DNA from: Chiloscyllium plagiosum
Lineage: Eukaryota
Length of the DNA stretch: 64,000 nt
Assembly (NCBI RefSeq): GCF_004010195.1
Contig: NC_057719.1
Location: forward strand, 12,239,084 to 12,303,083
Reading direction: 5' to 3'
Shown one piece after another: positions 54,001-61,974 of the stretch. Position 1 is the stretch's first letter; every line of letters begins with the position of its first letter. The notes beneath the pieces are model-generated. The model was not told the DNA's origin and ran no database searches. It saw only the letters and a list, made by a program, of their open reading frames with translations. The translations under genes and the position numbers were made by a program.

Positions 54001-57000
54001 AGTGATGTTCGGGAGAGATTTCCAGGATTTTGAGAGACAGTGAAGGAGCAGCAATGTAGTTCTAAGTCAGGGTGACGTGCAACATGAGAAAGGAACCTGT
54101 AGGTGGTGGTATTCTCATGGATACATGTTTTTTTAGATGGTTTGGAAGACGCTGTCAAGACAGGGTTGGTGAGTTGAAGCACATCTCGTGGATGGTGCAC
54201 ACAGGTCTAACTATGCATTAATCACAAAGTGAGTAAAATGTTGATGGTGGTGGGATAGGGTGCTAATCAATCCTTTGTCCTGGATGGGGTCAAGTTCTTG
54301 AGTGTTACAGAGCTGCACTCATCCAGGCATGTGCAGTCCAAGTCCCATACTCTGTTGGCCACTTTTCTTCATCTACCTATATCACCTAATCTTTGAAACT
54401 GAATCTTTCCACAACAACCAAGAAACATGGAATTCAATTTCAGAACACTCCACAAATAAAGTTCTATTGCTGAGACCTTGCACCAACGTCAGTTTAGCCT
54501 GAATTCAACGACTGAAAATTGTCCGCTTCTATCAAACATAACCCATATTTACACTTTCTGAAATATAATTTTTGCCTGTAATCATAACAAAGAACTCCGA
54601 TTATTCCACTTTTAATTTCTGCATTCCTAGTGGTTCTGAAAGATAAAAGTTGTTTTGACCACAGGTGAAAACCTCAACGATCAAAATTTTTGTTTGCAGA
54701 AGTTGCCATTTCCAAATAGTATTAATTATTCTGTTAAAAGACATAGGTAATCCCTAAACTTTTTTGTTTTAACTTGCTATGCTTTGATACAATTAAAATT
54801 CAACCAGCATAAAGCATTCAGTAAAAACAATGACTGCAGATGCTGAAAACCAGAGTCTAGATCAGAGTGGTGCTGGAAAAGCACAGCAGTTCAGGCAGCA
54901 TCCGAGGAGCAGTAAAATTGACGTTTTGGGCAAAAGCCCTTCATCAGGAATACAGGCAGAGAGCCCGAAGACCCTTCAGACTCTCTGCCTGTATTCCTGA
55001 TGAAGGGCTTTTGCCCGAAACGTCGATTTTCCTGCTCCTCGGATGCTGCCTGAACTGCTGTGCTTTTCCAGCACCACTCTGATCCAGAATAGAGCACTGC
55101 CCAAGAGAGCAATGAGCTTGGCAGATGACATGCTTATAACACAGGTCGGGGTGACTTATCTTCAGGTAGGGCTCAAACTATGTGCAAGATGAGTGAAGCG
55201 ATTTTTACCCAAATTTCATGCGATTATAGCACTGGAACCTCTACAGAGGAACCTCGATTATCCGAATATCAATTATCCAAATACCAGATTATCCGAAGGA
55301 GATCTCAAGATCCAGAAGAAACATGACATCAAAGAGCCGTTTCAACCCTGATCCCGTCTTTTGTTTACAGGTACAGTGATTTAAAAACAAACTCGGCTCA
55401 CTGAAATGCTGTCGAGAACAGTCCATGACAGTCCAGGCACTGTCTCTAAATGACTGACCTCCCACCCCCTCTCTCTCCCCATACACTTTCCCTGGAGTTC
55501 TACACAGGGTGAACCATAAACCCCCTCGCCCAAATAATCTCTCCAACATTGTCCTATACAGAGCAGAGGTGGAAATTGTCAAAAAGTTGTGCGTGTGTGC
55601 GCGCGCGCGCGCGCTATTTGGGGTCAGGCGGTGGGTGGGGATGGACGGTGGTGCAGGGTTGGGGCGGGAAGGGTAGGGGACAGTGCTGGGGGTGGGGCCT
55701 TGCCTTTGAATAGTCTGCTGAACAGGGGGCAGACTTATCAGAAAACTCCGAGCCCCAGAGGAAATAAATTAACCAAATAATCAATTATCCGAATGAAACA
55801 GTGCCCACCGATCTCACTCGGATAACAGAGGTTCCTCTGTACTTGGCTCAGAATCCCAATTACGTTGCTCTTAAGTCATGTGGGTGTCTTAAAGACATTG
55901 ATAAATGCTCTGCAAAGTCTAGAGAAACTATGTAAGAATAAATAGCATTTTTTTGCCTATTCATTAGATTATAGATTGAAAAATGAAACAATATCTTTCA
56001 ACATCAATGCCATTAACAGGGCATAGTACCCCGTACTGGAGCTTAATCTTTTTGTCCTCAGCAGTATTTGAGGAACAGGTGGAGCAGTGGTAAACACTGT
56101 GGAAACACCAATATCACTTCTTTCTTGTACCCATTTTGTTTGGAGAAGCTATATAGTGGTCAGTACTTTTTTTTAAAAAATAATTCATTCAAGAGATGCC
56201 AATATCTTTGGCAAGTTCAGGACTATAAGTAACAAAATTATACTTCTCAAACGCTGACCTCCAAAAGATGATACCTTAACCCTGTGAATATCCTCACGTC
56301 CTCACACGGTTTCTAGGAGAGCCTGCAAAAGTGAAAAACTACCAGACTGGACCCAAATCCCCTTCAGACACAATCAGTTCAGATCGCTGGATAGTAATCA
56401 GCCATAGGAACTCTGGTTACATGTCCTCCTCCCTCCTAACTTTCCAAAAAGAAACAAAAAAGTCAAATGCAGTATGTCCACAGCCAAGATCAACTCAATC
56501 AGAATTCATACATAGGAACAAGAATAGGCCATTTGGACCTTCAAGCCTAGTCTCCCATTCAAAGAGATAATGGCTGACCTTTATGGTGCAGGAGGAACCA
56601 ATTCAGCCCATTCTGATAGTACAATTTTCTGAATAGGCATTTAATGTAGTTCCATTCTCTGCTTATCCCTGTAATCTTGCACACTGTTCCTTTTCAGGTG
56701 ACAGTTTAATTCCCATTTAAGTACTTCAATTTGCCTCCACCACATTCTCAGGCAGTGCATTCCTGCACCTCTAAGGAACAGCAGGAGGCCGTTCAGCCAC
56801 TCAAACTTACTCCACCCTTCATTGAGATTACAGCTGACCTGGGCCTTTGGCCCAGATCCCTTAAGCTTAACAATAACTTATCTTCTCTCAAGATTTAAAA
56901 TTAGCGACTGATCCAGCATCTACTGCTGTTTGTGGAAGGTAGTTCTAAACATCTACCAGACTGTGTGCCTACAACTATAACACTCACTCTGTGAAAACAT

Positions 57001-60000
57001 TTCCTCTTGTGGCACTTCTGCTTGTTTTAATAGTGACTTCAAACCCATGTTCTCTTGTCTGAGTTCCCTTTGTGACCGAGAACACTTTCTCTGTTTACAC
57101 ATGCAGAAAATTGAACACCTGTGAAATCTCAACCTCCTTTCCACAATGGAAAACAGTCCAAACTTCACCAATCCATCTTTATAACCGAAGCTTCTCATCT
57201 CTGGAACTATTCTTAAGGATCTATTCTGCATTCTTTTCAAATCCTTAAGCACATGGCACCCGGATCTGGATGCAATAGTCCAGCTGTGGCTGAACCAGTA
57301 TTTCATTCAAGTTCAATGTGACCTCTTTATTCTGATACTCCATGCTGCTATAATAAAGCCAAGGTTATTGTATGCTTTATTCATCACTCTCTCGACCTGT
57401 CCTGCCACCTTTACTGACTTATGCACCCAAGTCTGTCTGATCGTACACCCCCTTTAGAGTTGTACCTTTATTTTATCTGGTTTCTCCATGTTCTTCCTTC
57501 CAAAATATAATCAATTCATGTTTCCCCACATACAATTTCATCTAATACCCAGCCACTCTAAAGATAATTTATAAAAACCTCATGCTTACCAAGTGTCTCT
57601 CTCATTGTTTTGTATAGATTGATGGAGTCAGTGTCCTTCATGAATTCCCGAACAACTTCTCCCTGCTCATTCTCCACAACAAGCACCTCTTCTGGTTTTG
57701 CCATTCGACTAATCATGATAAGCCTCACCTGAACAAGAAAAACAAAAATTTATTTGTTTATTAAGTAGAAGCCGAGAGACAATTAATTGTGAGGACATTT
57801 CAAAACAAGTTTGTACGTGTGGCTGCTATGGTACATGCCTTAGATAAATTTGGAAAACCACAACCTATTTCCCAGAGTGTGTTTATAAAATGGGCTTAAA
57901 GTTAATACGACTTAAAATTTGCATCATCAAAAATGTGATATTGATATCAGGGTTTTAGCTTTGAATGACTGGTTAGAACATGGTGCTGGTATCAGGTCAA
58001 CTGACTGCTTTCCTGGCGTCATACAGCTCTGGTAGATTGATGGGGGAAAGCATCAGTGATGTGAGGGTACTTCTGAAAGATGAGGAAAGGCTTACTAAGT
58101 CTGGATTTCACCTTGGTTGTAAAAAAATGATTCTTTACCATTTAAAAAAGTTACTTCATGGTAAGGACTTGCTGAATAAAGATGATTAATCAAACATCCA
58201 GCAGAGGCAGTAGTCATTAGTGAATGCAGTCAGTAATGCAGGCTGATTTCATCTGAACGACCCTGTGTAACGCAAACTGACTGAGTGAAGGACATGCAAA
58301 TTAGTAAGAAGTGAATCAAAAACAACAAACAACTAATAAATCAGATGTATGGTCAGCCAATCATGTGTACACCTTCTTGGTGATGGTTAGGAGCCAAGGA
58401 ACAGGTCATCCATGCAGTGTATGGAGAATGGAGGTCCGTAAAGAGGAAAAAAAACTTCCATAGCACCTTCCACATTCACACCGAGAAATGCCATTATTCT
58501 AAATGTAAAGGTAAGATGAAGTGATAACATTTAAGTTGAAAGTGTTGTATGTGATATTAACAAATGCTAAGCCCACTGGGCAGAGGATCAAGAGCAAAGA
58601 TTCCATAGGATTTTTAAACATTAAAACGACAGATTAACGCACTATTAGCATCCATTAACCAATAATTTGGAAACACCAAGAACATCCATGTCAAGCAGCA
58701 CCCAAGCACACAATGTTATATTTCACAGGAGTATACAAGCTGGGAGGATTCAACACAAGCAATTAGCCTAATCTAGACTGGTTAATACACACCTTTGACA
58801 GCACTGGTAGGTAGATCTGTCTCCGAGGTGGGACGTCACTGTGAGGATTGCCCAGAGCAGGAGATGCACTAATAGAAAAGGGATTTTCACGGTAAAGCTC
58901 TCCTGCCAGATGATTCCAGTATTCCAAACAGATCTTAAAAATTTCTATCTCTTCCACTTCTGATACAAGAATCATATAGTGTAGGCCCTAGGATAATCAA
59001 AACAGACAAAACAAAGTTAGTAACACTCATCTGCTTGGGTTTAATAGTTATGAAGATTTCAGTGCAAGAGATAGGAGTGGAAATAAGCCATTTAGCCCAC
59101 TGAGTCTGTTCCCCCAATGAGATCATTGCTGCGTTGATGATCAACCAACAATGAATACAATTCAAGTGTTTGTTTGAGAGCTACTTTGAAATTTCTTGAA
59201 ATGGTTTTGTAATGGTCTCATTTTAGATTCCAGCATTTTCACTGCCACTATGCTCACTATACCAATGTTATTGCTATCTGGTTGGCACAGTACTATGCAC
59301 CAGTTAATAATCATGGAAGCCTCCATCACACCAAACCATTTACTATGTTACAAATGCTTGTGCAGCGATATCTTCCTTTATTAAATCATCTCAGCTTTCT
59401 CATTAAGGTCACCGAACCAACTGCCTAAAGTCCCAGGAGCTCAACCACACCTGTAAATCTGCAATGCCACTGAGAGTTACTGGAAGGAAGGGAAAAGGCA
59501 GAGATGCCACACAGCAATGAAGTTACTGGAGGACAGGATGGAGACATTATCACAGCATTCCACCTTTGAAGTATTTAGCGTTCATACTTACATCCAAGAG
59601 TGCCTCTCTGAGCTCCATTGTCCTTTCTACTAAGGTGCCATGCTCCTTCAAGAAAGTACATAAGAAAAGACTCAGATTCTGGATGAAATTCTGTTCATCA
59701 TCCTTCCCATTTGCATATGCAAGGCGAATGTTAGTATTCACAGGTAGCATCTGAAAAAGGAAAGAGAGGTGAGAGATTGACTCCACATAGGAGCATAATA
59801 CAACCAAATCCACAATAAAATCTGCACGACACAATTCAGTTTCCAAAGTAAATGAGCACTAAAGTAGAAATAGTGAAGAACTAGGTGACTGAATAATAAG
59901 GAAAATTAATGAAGCTCGCTACTGATAGTGCCAAATGCAATTACTGAGAAATTACAAACAAGCATTGACTGACAGTATCATTCAAGTCCAGGTCCTCTGG

Positions 60001-60282
60001 AACCAAAGTCTCACCAGCTATGCTGAGGCTTGGCCTGTGCATAGTACGTTCAGCAAATTAAGTATTGAATGCCGTACGATTCTGATGGTTATTCAATCCA
60101 ACGATGAATACAAGTCACAAATACTAACAAATTCTGCAACAATTTCAACCTACCTGTTTGAGCTGAATAAGTGTTAATGTAAACAACGAGATGAACTGTT
60201 CATCATATTGACTGACACCAACGCCAGCAATCTCTGTCAAACATTTCAATGTGACATTTCGAAACATGGGCACATTCAGAAA
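23935..60282 (-). CDS. XPO1: Exportin-1 (CRM1)-like, 5'-partial spliced CDS: join(complement) 60154-60282, 59592-59750, 58793-58987, 57590-57728, 52342-52523, 51692-51848, 51030-51193, 49149-49283, 46526-46709, 44741-44847, 41818-42012, 37927-38095, 34560-34694, 32951-33113, 31131-31227, 23935-24081
   Basis: 16 exons totalling 2457 nt (818 aa plus stop), all with GT-AG junctions and a continuous frame. Translation runs from [10 protein letters not shown] to ...[11 protein letters not shown] and follows recalled human XPO1 residues 254-1071. Upstream exons are not found in the window. Confidence 0.96.
25687..26183 (+). mobile_element. tRNA-derived SINE (HE1-like) with tandemly duplicated 3' half
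   Basis: tRNA-like head (ggcatggtgattcagtggttagcactgctgcctcacagcgccagggaccgggg..caattcc), LINE-like tail gggcctgtttccacactgta and (TAATC)n. The 3' half is repeated from ~25994. Confidence 0.88.
26959..29590 (-). mobile_element. Younger CR1 LINE (endonuclease, RT and 3' UTR) nested in antisense orientation
   Basis: ORFs 28987-29517 ([31 protein letters not shown]), 27951-28712 ([34 protein letters not shown]) and 27376-27777 (FINDLD..KFADDTK). Confidence 0.92.
28652..28727 (-). mobile_element. Penelope terminal-repeat fragment inside the nested CR1
   Basis: ggatcagtggtgctggaagagcacagcaattcaggcagcatccgaggacaggcaaaatcgacgtttcggg matches 4096-4164. Confidence 0.85.
31131..31227 (-). CDS. XPO1: XPO1 exon 24 equivalent, 97 nt
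   Basis: gccacag|(D)[32 protein letters not shown]|gtaaga. Confidence 0.95.
31870..32230 (-). mobile_element. CR1 LINE 3' fragment
   Basis: [30 protein letters not shown] plus the 3' tail. Confidence 0.85.
32505..32645 (-). mobile_element. Penelope terminal-repeat fragment with degenerate hammerhead (32607-32644)
   Basis: Minus strand reads gagCTGAGGAaaggtcactgggcccGAAATGTtaactc. Confidence 0.65.
32951..33113 (-). CDS. XPO1: XPO1 exon 23 equivalent, 163 nt
   Basis: tttccag|[54 protein letters not shown]|gtgagt. Confidence 0.94.
34560..34694 (-). CDS. XPO1: XPO1 exon 22 equivalent, 135 nt
   Basis: ttttgcag|[45 protein letters not shown]|gtaaat. Confidence 0.95.
34885..35465 (+). mobile_element. 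Young CR1 LINE 3' end
   Basis: [32 protein letters not shown]; ends ..gctgtacatctctatgactctatg. Confidence 0.9.
36194..36395. mobile_element. Palindromic Penelope-derived element (second family) inserted in CR1
   Basis: Inverted arms agttaaaaatcacacaacaccaggttatagtccaa..tagctt and aagctagtg..ttggactataacctggtg..tttttaact. Approximate TSD tcaagaaag / tcaaaaaag. Confidence 0.82.
36311..36345 (+). ncRNA. Intact minimal type I hammerhead ribozyme motif (PLE-type)
   Basis: CAC-CTGATGA-a-GGAGC agc GCTCC-GAA-AGCT-A-GTG: helix I CAC/GTG, 5-bp helix II, palindromic AGCT in place of helix III, CUA cleavage triplet. Confidence 0.78.
37863..37902 (+). repeat. (GGAA)n microsatellite
   Basis: aaggaaggaaggaaggaaggaaggaaggatggaaggaaag, about 25 nt from an XPO1 donor site. 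Confidence 0.9.
37927..38095 (-). CDS. XPO1: XPO1 exon 21 equivalent, 169 nt
   Basis: ctctccag|[56 protein letters not shown]|gtatgc. Confidence 0.95.
39720..39950 (+). mobile_element. Decayed HE1-like SINE
   Basis: ggcaacatggtggctcagtacttagcattgctgcctca head with a SINE body and tail. Confidence 0.75.
40550..41070 (+). pseudogene. PIF/Harbinger (HARBI1-like DDE) transposase fossil
   Basis: Ordered, frameshifted motifs: GSFQGTTGD (40553), VQCAINNT (40735, cf. VQGAIDCTH), [11 protein letters not shown] (40792-), SCHVSYIL (~40879, cf. GSCHDSYIL), [14 protein letters not shown] (41024). Confidence 0.7.
41818..42012 (-). CDS. XPO1: XPO1 exon 20 equivalent, 195 nt
   Basis: tttgtcag|[65 protein letters not shown]|gtaatt. 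Confidence 0.95.
43020..43350 (+). mobile_element. Full-length HE1-like tRNA-derived SINE
   Basis: ggcacggtggctcagtggttagcactgctgcctcacagcaccagggacccaggttcaattccagcc (A/B boxes) through gggcctgttttcacactg..ttctattct. Confidence 0.9.
44035..44606 (-). mobile_element. CR1 LINE 3' fragment
   Basis: [30 protein letters not shown] plus the 3' tail. Confidence 0.88.
44741..44847 (-). CDS. XPO1: XPO1 exon 19 equivalent, 107 nt
   Basis: catttag|[36 protein letters not shown]|gtgagt. Confidence 0.95.
45128..45430 (+). mobile_element. HE1-like SINE
   Basis: agcacggtggctcag..ctgggttcgattccagcc head; tail ttctatgattcta. Confidence 0.85.
46526..46709 (-). CDS. XPO1: XPO1 exon 18 equivalent, 184 nt
   Basis: ttttacaaag|[61 protein letters not shown]|gtaact. 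Confidence 0.94.
47338..47714 (-). mobile_element. Penelope fragment with hammerhead-like core, inserted in a decayed LINE
   Basis: Approximate TSD aga(g/a)tcttagtgag near 47324-47337 and 47711-47724. Core on the minus strand at 47381-47414: CTGATGACGGGCTTTTGGCCGAAACGTT. Poly-G at ~47564-47584. Confidence 0.75.
47653..47775. repeat. Near-perfect 61-bp-arm inverted repeat (hairpin)
   Basis: ctacagagagtaaatctttctatatacaacacgacaatctccaggtgtggtctcacgaaga-a-tcttagtgagaccacacctagagattgtcgtgttgcatatagaaagatttactctctgtag. Confidence 0.92.
48120..48375 (+). mobile_element. HE1-like SINE with (TAATC)n tail
   Basis: SINE body and tail gggcctgtttccacactgtaagtaatctaatctaatct. Confidence 0.85.
48329..48557 (+). 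repeat. Tandem duplication (117 + 112 bp)
   Basis: gaagggcctg...gctgaatgacaga at 48329-48445 and 48446-48557, differing only by one TAATC unit. Confidence 0.92.
49149..49283 (-). CDS. XPO1: XPO1 exon 17 equivalent, 135 nt
   Basis: tttcag|[45 protein letters not shown]|gtaagt. Confidence 0.95.
49708..49970 (+). mobile_element. HE1-like SINE inserted in a CR1 ORF1 remnant (~49400-50470)
   Basis: The tRNA-like head directly follows gtgggtaccaatgacat (VGTND esterase motif). Confidence 0.78.
51030..51193 (-). CDS. XPO1: XPO1 exon 16 equivalent, 164 nt
   Basis: tttacag|[55 protein letters not shown]|gtgagt. Confidence 0.96.
51692..51848 (-). CDS. XPO1: XPO1 exon 15 equivalent (NES-binding groove), 157 nt
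   Basis: tttgaag|[52 protein letters not shown]|gtaagg. The Cys528 equivalent is at 51831-51833 and the Glu571 equivalent at 51702-51704. Confidence 0.96.
52342..52523 (-). CDS. XPO1: XPO1 exon 14 equivalent, 182 nt
   Basis: tttcag|[60 protein letters not shown]|gtcagt. Confidence 0.95.
52565..53062 (-). mobile_element. SINE interrupted by a palindromic Penelope fragment (52683-52900)
   Basis: TSD ttaccatgg at 52674-52682 and 52901-52909. Degenerate core CTGATGAAGGGCTGATGCCTGAAATGTC at 52772-52799 (+). Confidence 0.8.
54821..55088. mobile_element. Palindromic Penelope-derived element (115-bp arms, 3-nt loop)
   Basis: Arms 54856-54970 and 54974-55088 are near-perfect reverse complements, each with a hammerhead core. 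Confidence 0.88.
54993..55028 (+). ncRNA. Minimal type I hammerhead ribozyme motif (PLE-type)
   Basis: attc-CTGATGA-a-GGGC tttt GCCC-GAA-ACGT-C-gatt. The mirror copy (54916-54951, minus) has G12 mutated to A. Confidence 0.68.
55244..55839. mobile_element. Tc1/mariner (Tigger/pogo-like) MITE
   Basis: TIRs cagaggaacctcgattatccga / tcggataacagaggttcctctg, flanked by TA on both sides (55242-55243, 55840-55841). No transposase. Confidence 0.88.
56500..57550 (-). mobile_element. Old LINE 3' fragments
   Basis: cataggaacaagaataggccatttggaccttcaagcc tail and decayed RT C-terminal remnants. Confidence 0.65.
57590..57728 (-). CDS. XPO1: XPO1 exon 13 equivalent (acidic loop), 139 nt
   Basis: ttgttcag|[46 protein letters not shown]|gtaagc. 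Confidence 0.95.
58793..58987 (-). CDS. XPO1: XPO1 exon 12 equivalent, 195 nt
   Basis: cctag|[65 protein letters not shown]|gtgtgt. Confidence 0.94.
59592..59750 (-). CDS. XPO1: XPO1 exon 11 equivalent, 159 nt
   Basis: tttcag|[53 protein letters not shown]|gtaagt. Confidence 0.95.
60154..60282 (-). CDS. XPO1: XPO1 exon (human exon 10 equivalent), 129 nt
   Basis: tttgcttag|[43 protein letters not shown]|gtaggt. Confidence 0.95.
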
Positions 60283-60874
60283 CTAAGCAAAAAGAAAATG
60301 CAAAAGATTAAGTTAAAATAGACAACTTATAGTGAAGACTTATATCTACATGCAAGCTTGACAATGAAAGCACTTCTGGTCAAAATTTTCCATTCATTTT
60401 TATGTGTCTAATTTCTCTGTACAAATCTTCTAAAATTTACACAAGAGCTTTGTATAGTTATAATAAATTTTGTATGGTAAACATTAGAGAAGCAAACTAA
60501 ACAAGACATGAAAGCATCGTTCCTGAGGTTTTAATGTTGTTAACGTTACATTAATGTTTACAAGTCCCTCAGTATCAAGTTGGTTGAAAAATTCTCTGGT
60601 TACTCCTGAGTGAATGCACAAACATTAACAGCAGCATTATTTAAAAAAAAAAACACCTTATCAATGGTGCAGGAAAATGCAGTTTGCGGCTTGCTATTGT
60701 GTGCACATCAAAACTTATTAAAGTTCAAATTAACACAAAGATTTTCTAAATACCCTGCACAAATTTGAATCAGCTTCCCACTGGTGGAGACTACCGATAA
60801 CTATAATCACTGTAAGTGATAACTATAGCATGAAGAATCTATACTTGCATTTCTCATGAAACAATCTCAATTGA

Positions 60875-61245
60875 CTCATAGAATCTCTACAGTGTGTAAA
60901 CAGGCCCTTCAGTACAACAAGTCCACACAGACCCTCTGAAGAGTAATCCACCCAGACACATTCCCCCCTACCCTATCACTCTATATTTATCCATGACTAC
61001 TGTACCTAACCTACACATCCCTGAATGCTATGGGCAATTTAGAATTGTGAAAACACTTAACCCGCACATCTCTGGACTGTGGGAGGAAACCGGAGCACCC
61101 AGAGGAAACCCACACAGACATGGGGAGAATGTGCAAACTCCACACAGACAGATACACAGACAGACAGTCACCTGAGACTGGAATCAAACCCGCACCCCTG
61201 GCACTTGTGAGGCAGCAGTGCTAAACATTGAGCCACCGTGCTGTC
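60875..61245 (-). mobile_element. HE1-like SINE
   Basis: Reverse complement of the tRNA-like head (..gtgaggcagcagtgctaaacattgagccaccgtgctg) and of the tail. Confidence 0.88.
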
Positions 61246-61744
61246 GTAATCACAGAAACGAAAATACGGGCAGAAAATGAAACACTTTTCAAAAAAAGGT
61301 TGAATTATATTTCTGCTTCTTCAATTATCTCCAAAAGCTATTTTAACTGAAGAATGCACTTGTGCTGAATTGTCATCACATTGTTTTTAAAGATTATGTA
61401 CAAATTGTATCATATTAGAAAATTTATCAGACTTCACACAGATTACATAAAGGAGGTCAACATATCAGGCTTGTTCAGTTGGGAACATTCATACTTGGGC
61501 GGGGGGCGGGGTTGAAGAATGGATTAAAGTCCACACCCGCTAATAAAACCCAGCTCCTCTTCATCACCTCACTCAGCTCATCCTCCATACAGTCAGATTA
61601 CCTAGCAGCTAAAAATTCCAGCCACAACTTCCTCCAGCTAAATAACAGACAATCAAATTTACTGCCTTGAGCTGCAAATTGGCATGGGAAGGTTTTCTTC
61701 CATAAGGCGGCCTGTACAGAATTACAGAATGGCTATAGAAGACA

Positions 61745-61962
61745 GGACGAAAGTGCAGACTGCAGATGCCAGAGATTAGAGTCAAGATTAAAGTGGTGCT
61801 GGAAAAGCACAGCAGGTCAGGCAGCATCAGAGGAGCAGGAAAATTGACGTTTCGGGCAGGAGCCCTTCATCAGTAATCCTTAAAATAGGATTATTGAAGA
61901 TAATTGAAGCAGAAATATAATTCAATCTTTTTTTAAAAAAAAAGTGTTGCATCTTCTGCCCA
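61745..61962 (-). mobile_element. Penelope fragment plus captured inverted host sequence, 11-bp TSD
   Basis: TSD tatagaagaca at 61734-61744 and 61963-61973. Hammerhead core on the minus strand at 61844-61873: CTGATGAAGGGCTCCTGCCCGAAACGTC. Confidence 0.82.
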
Positions 61963-61974
61963 TATAGAAGACAA

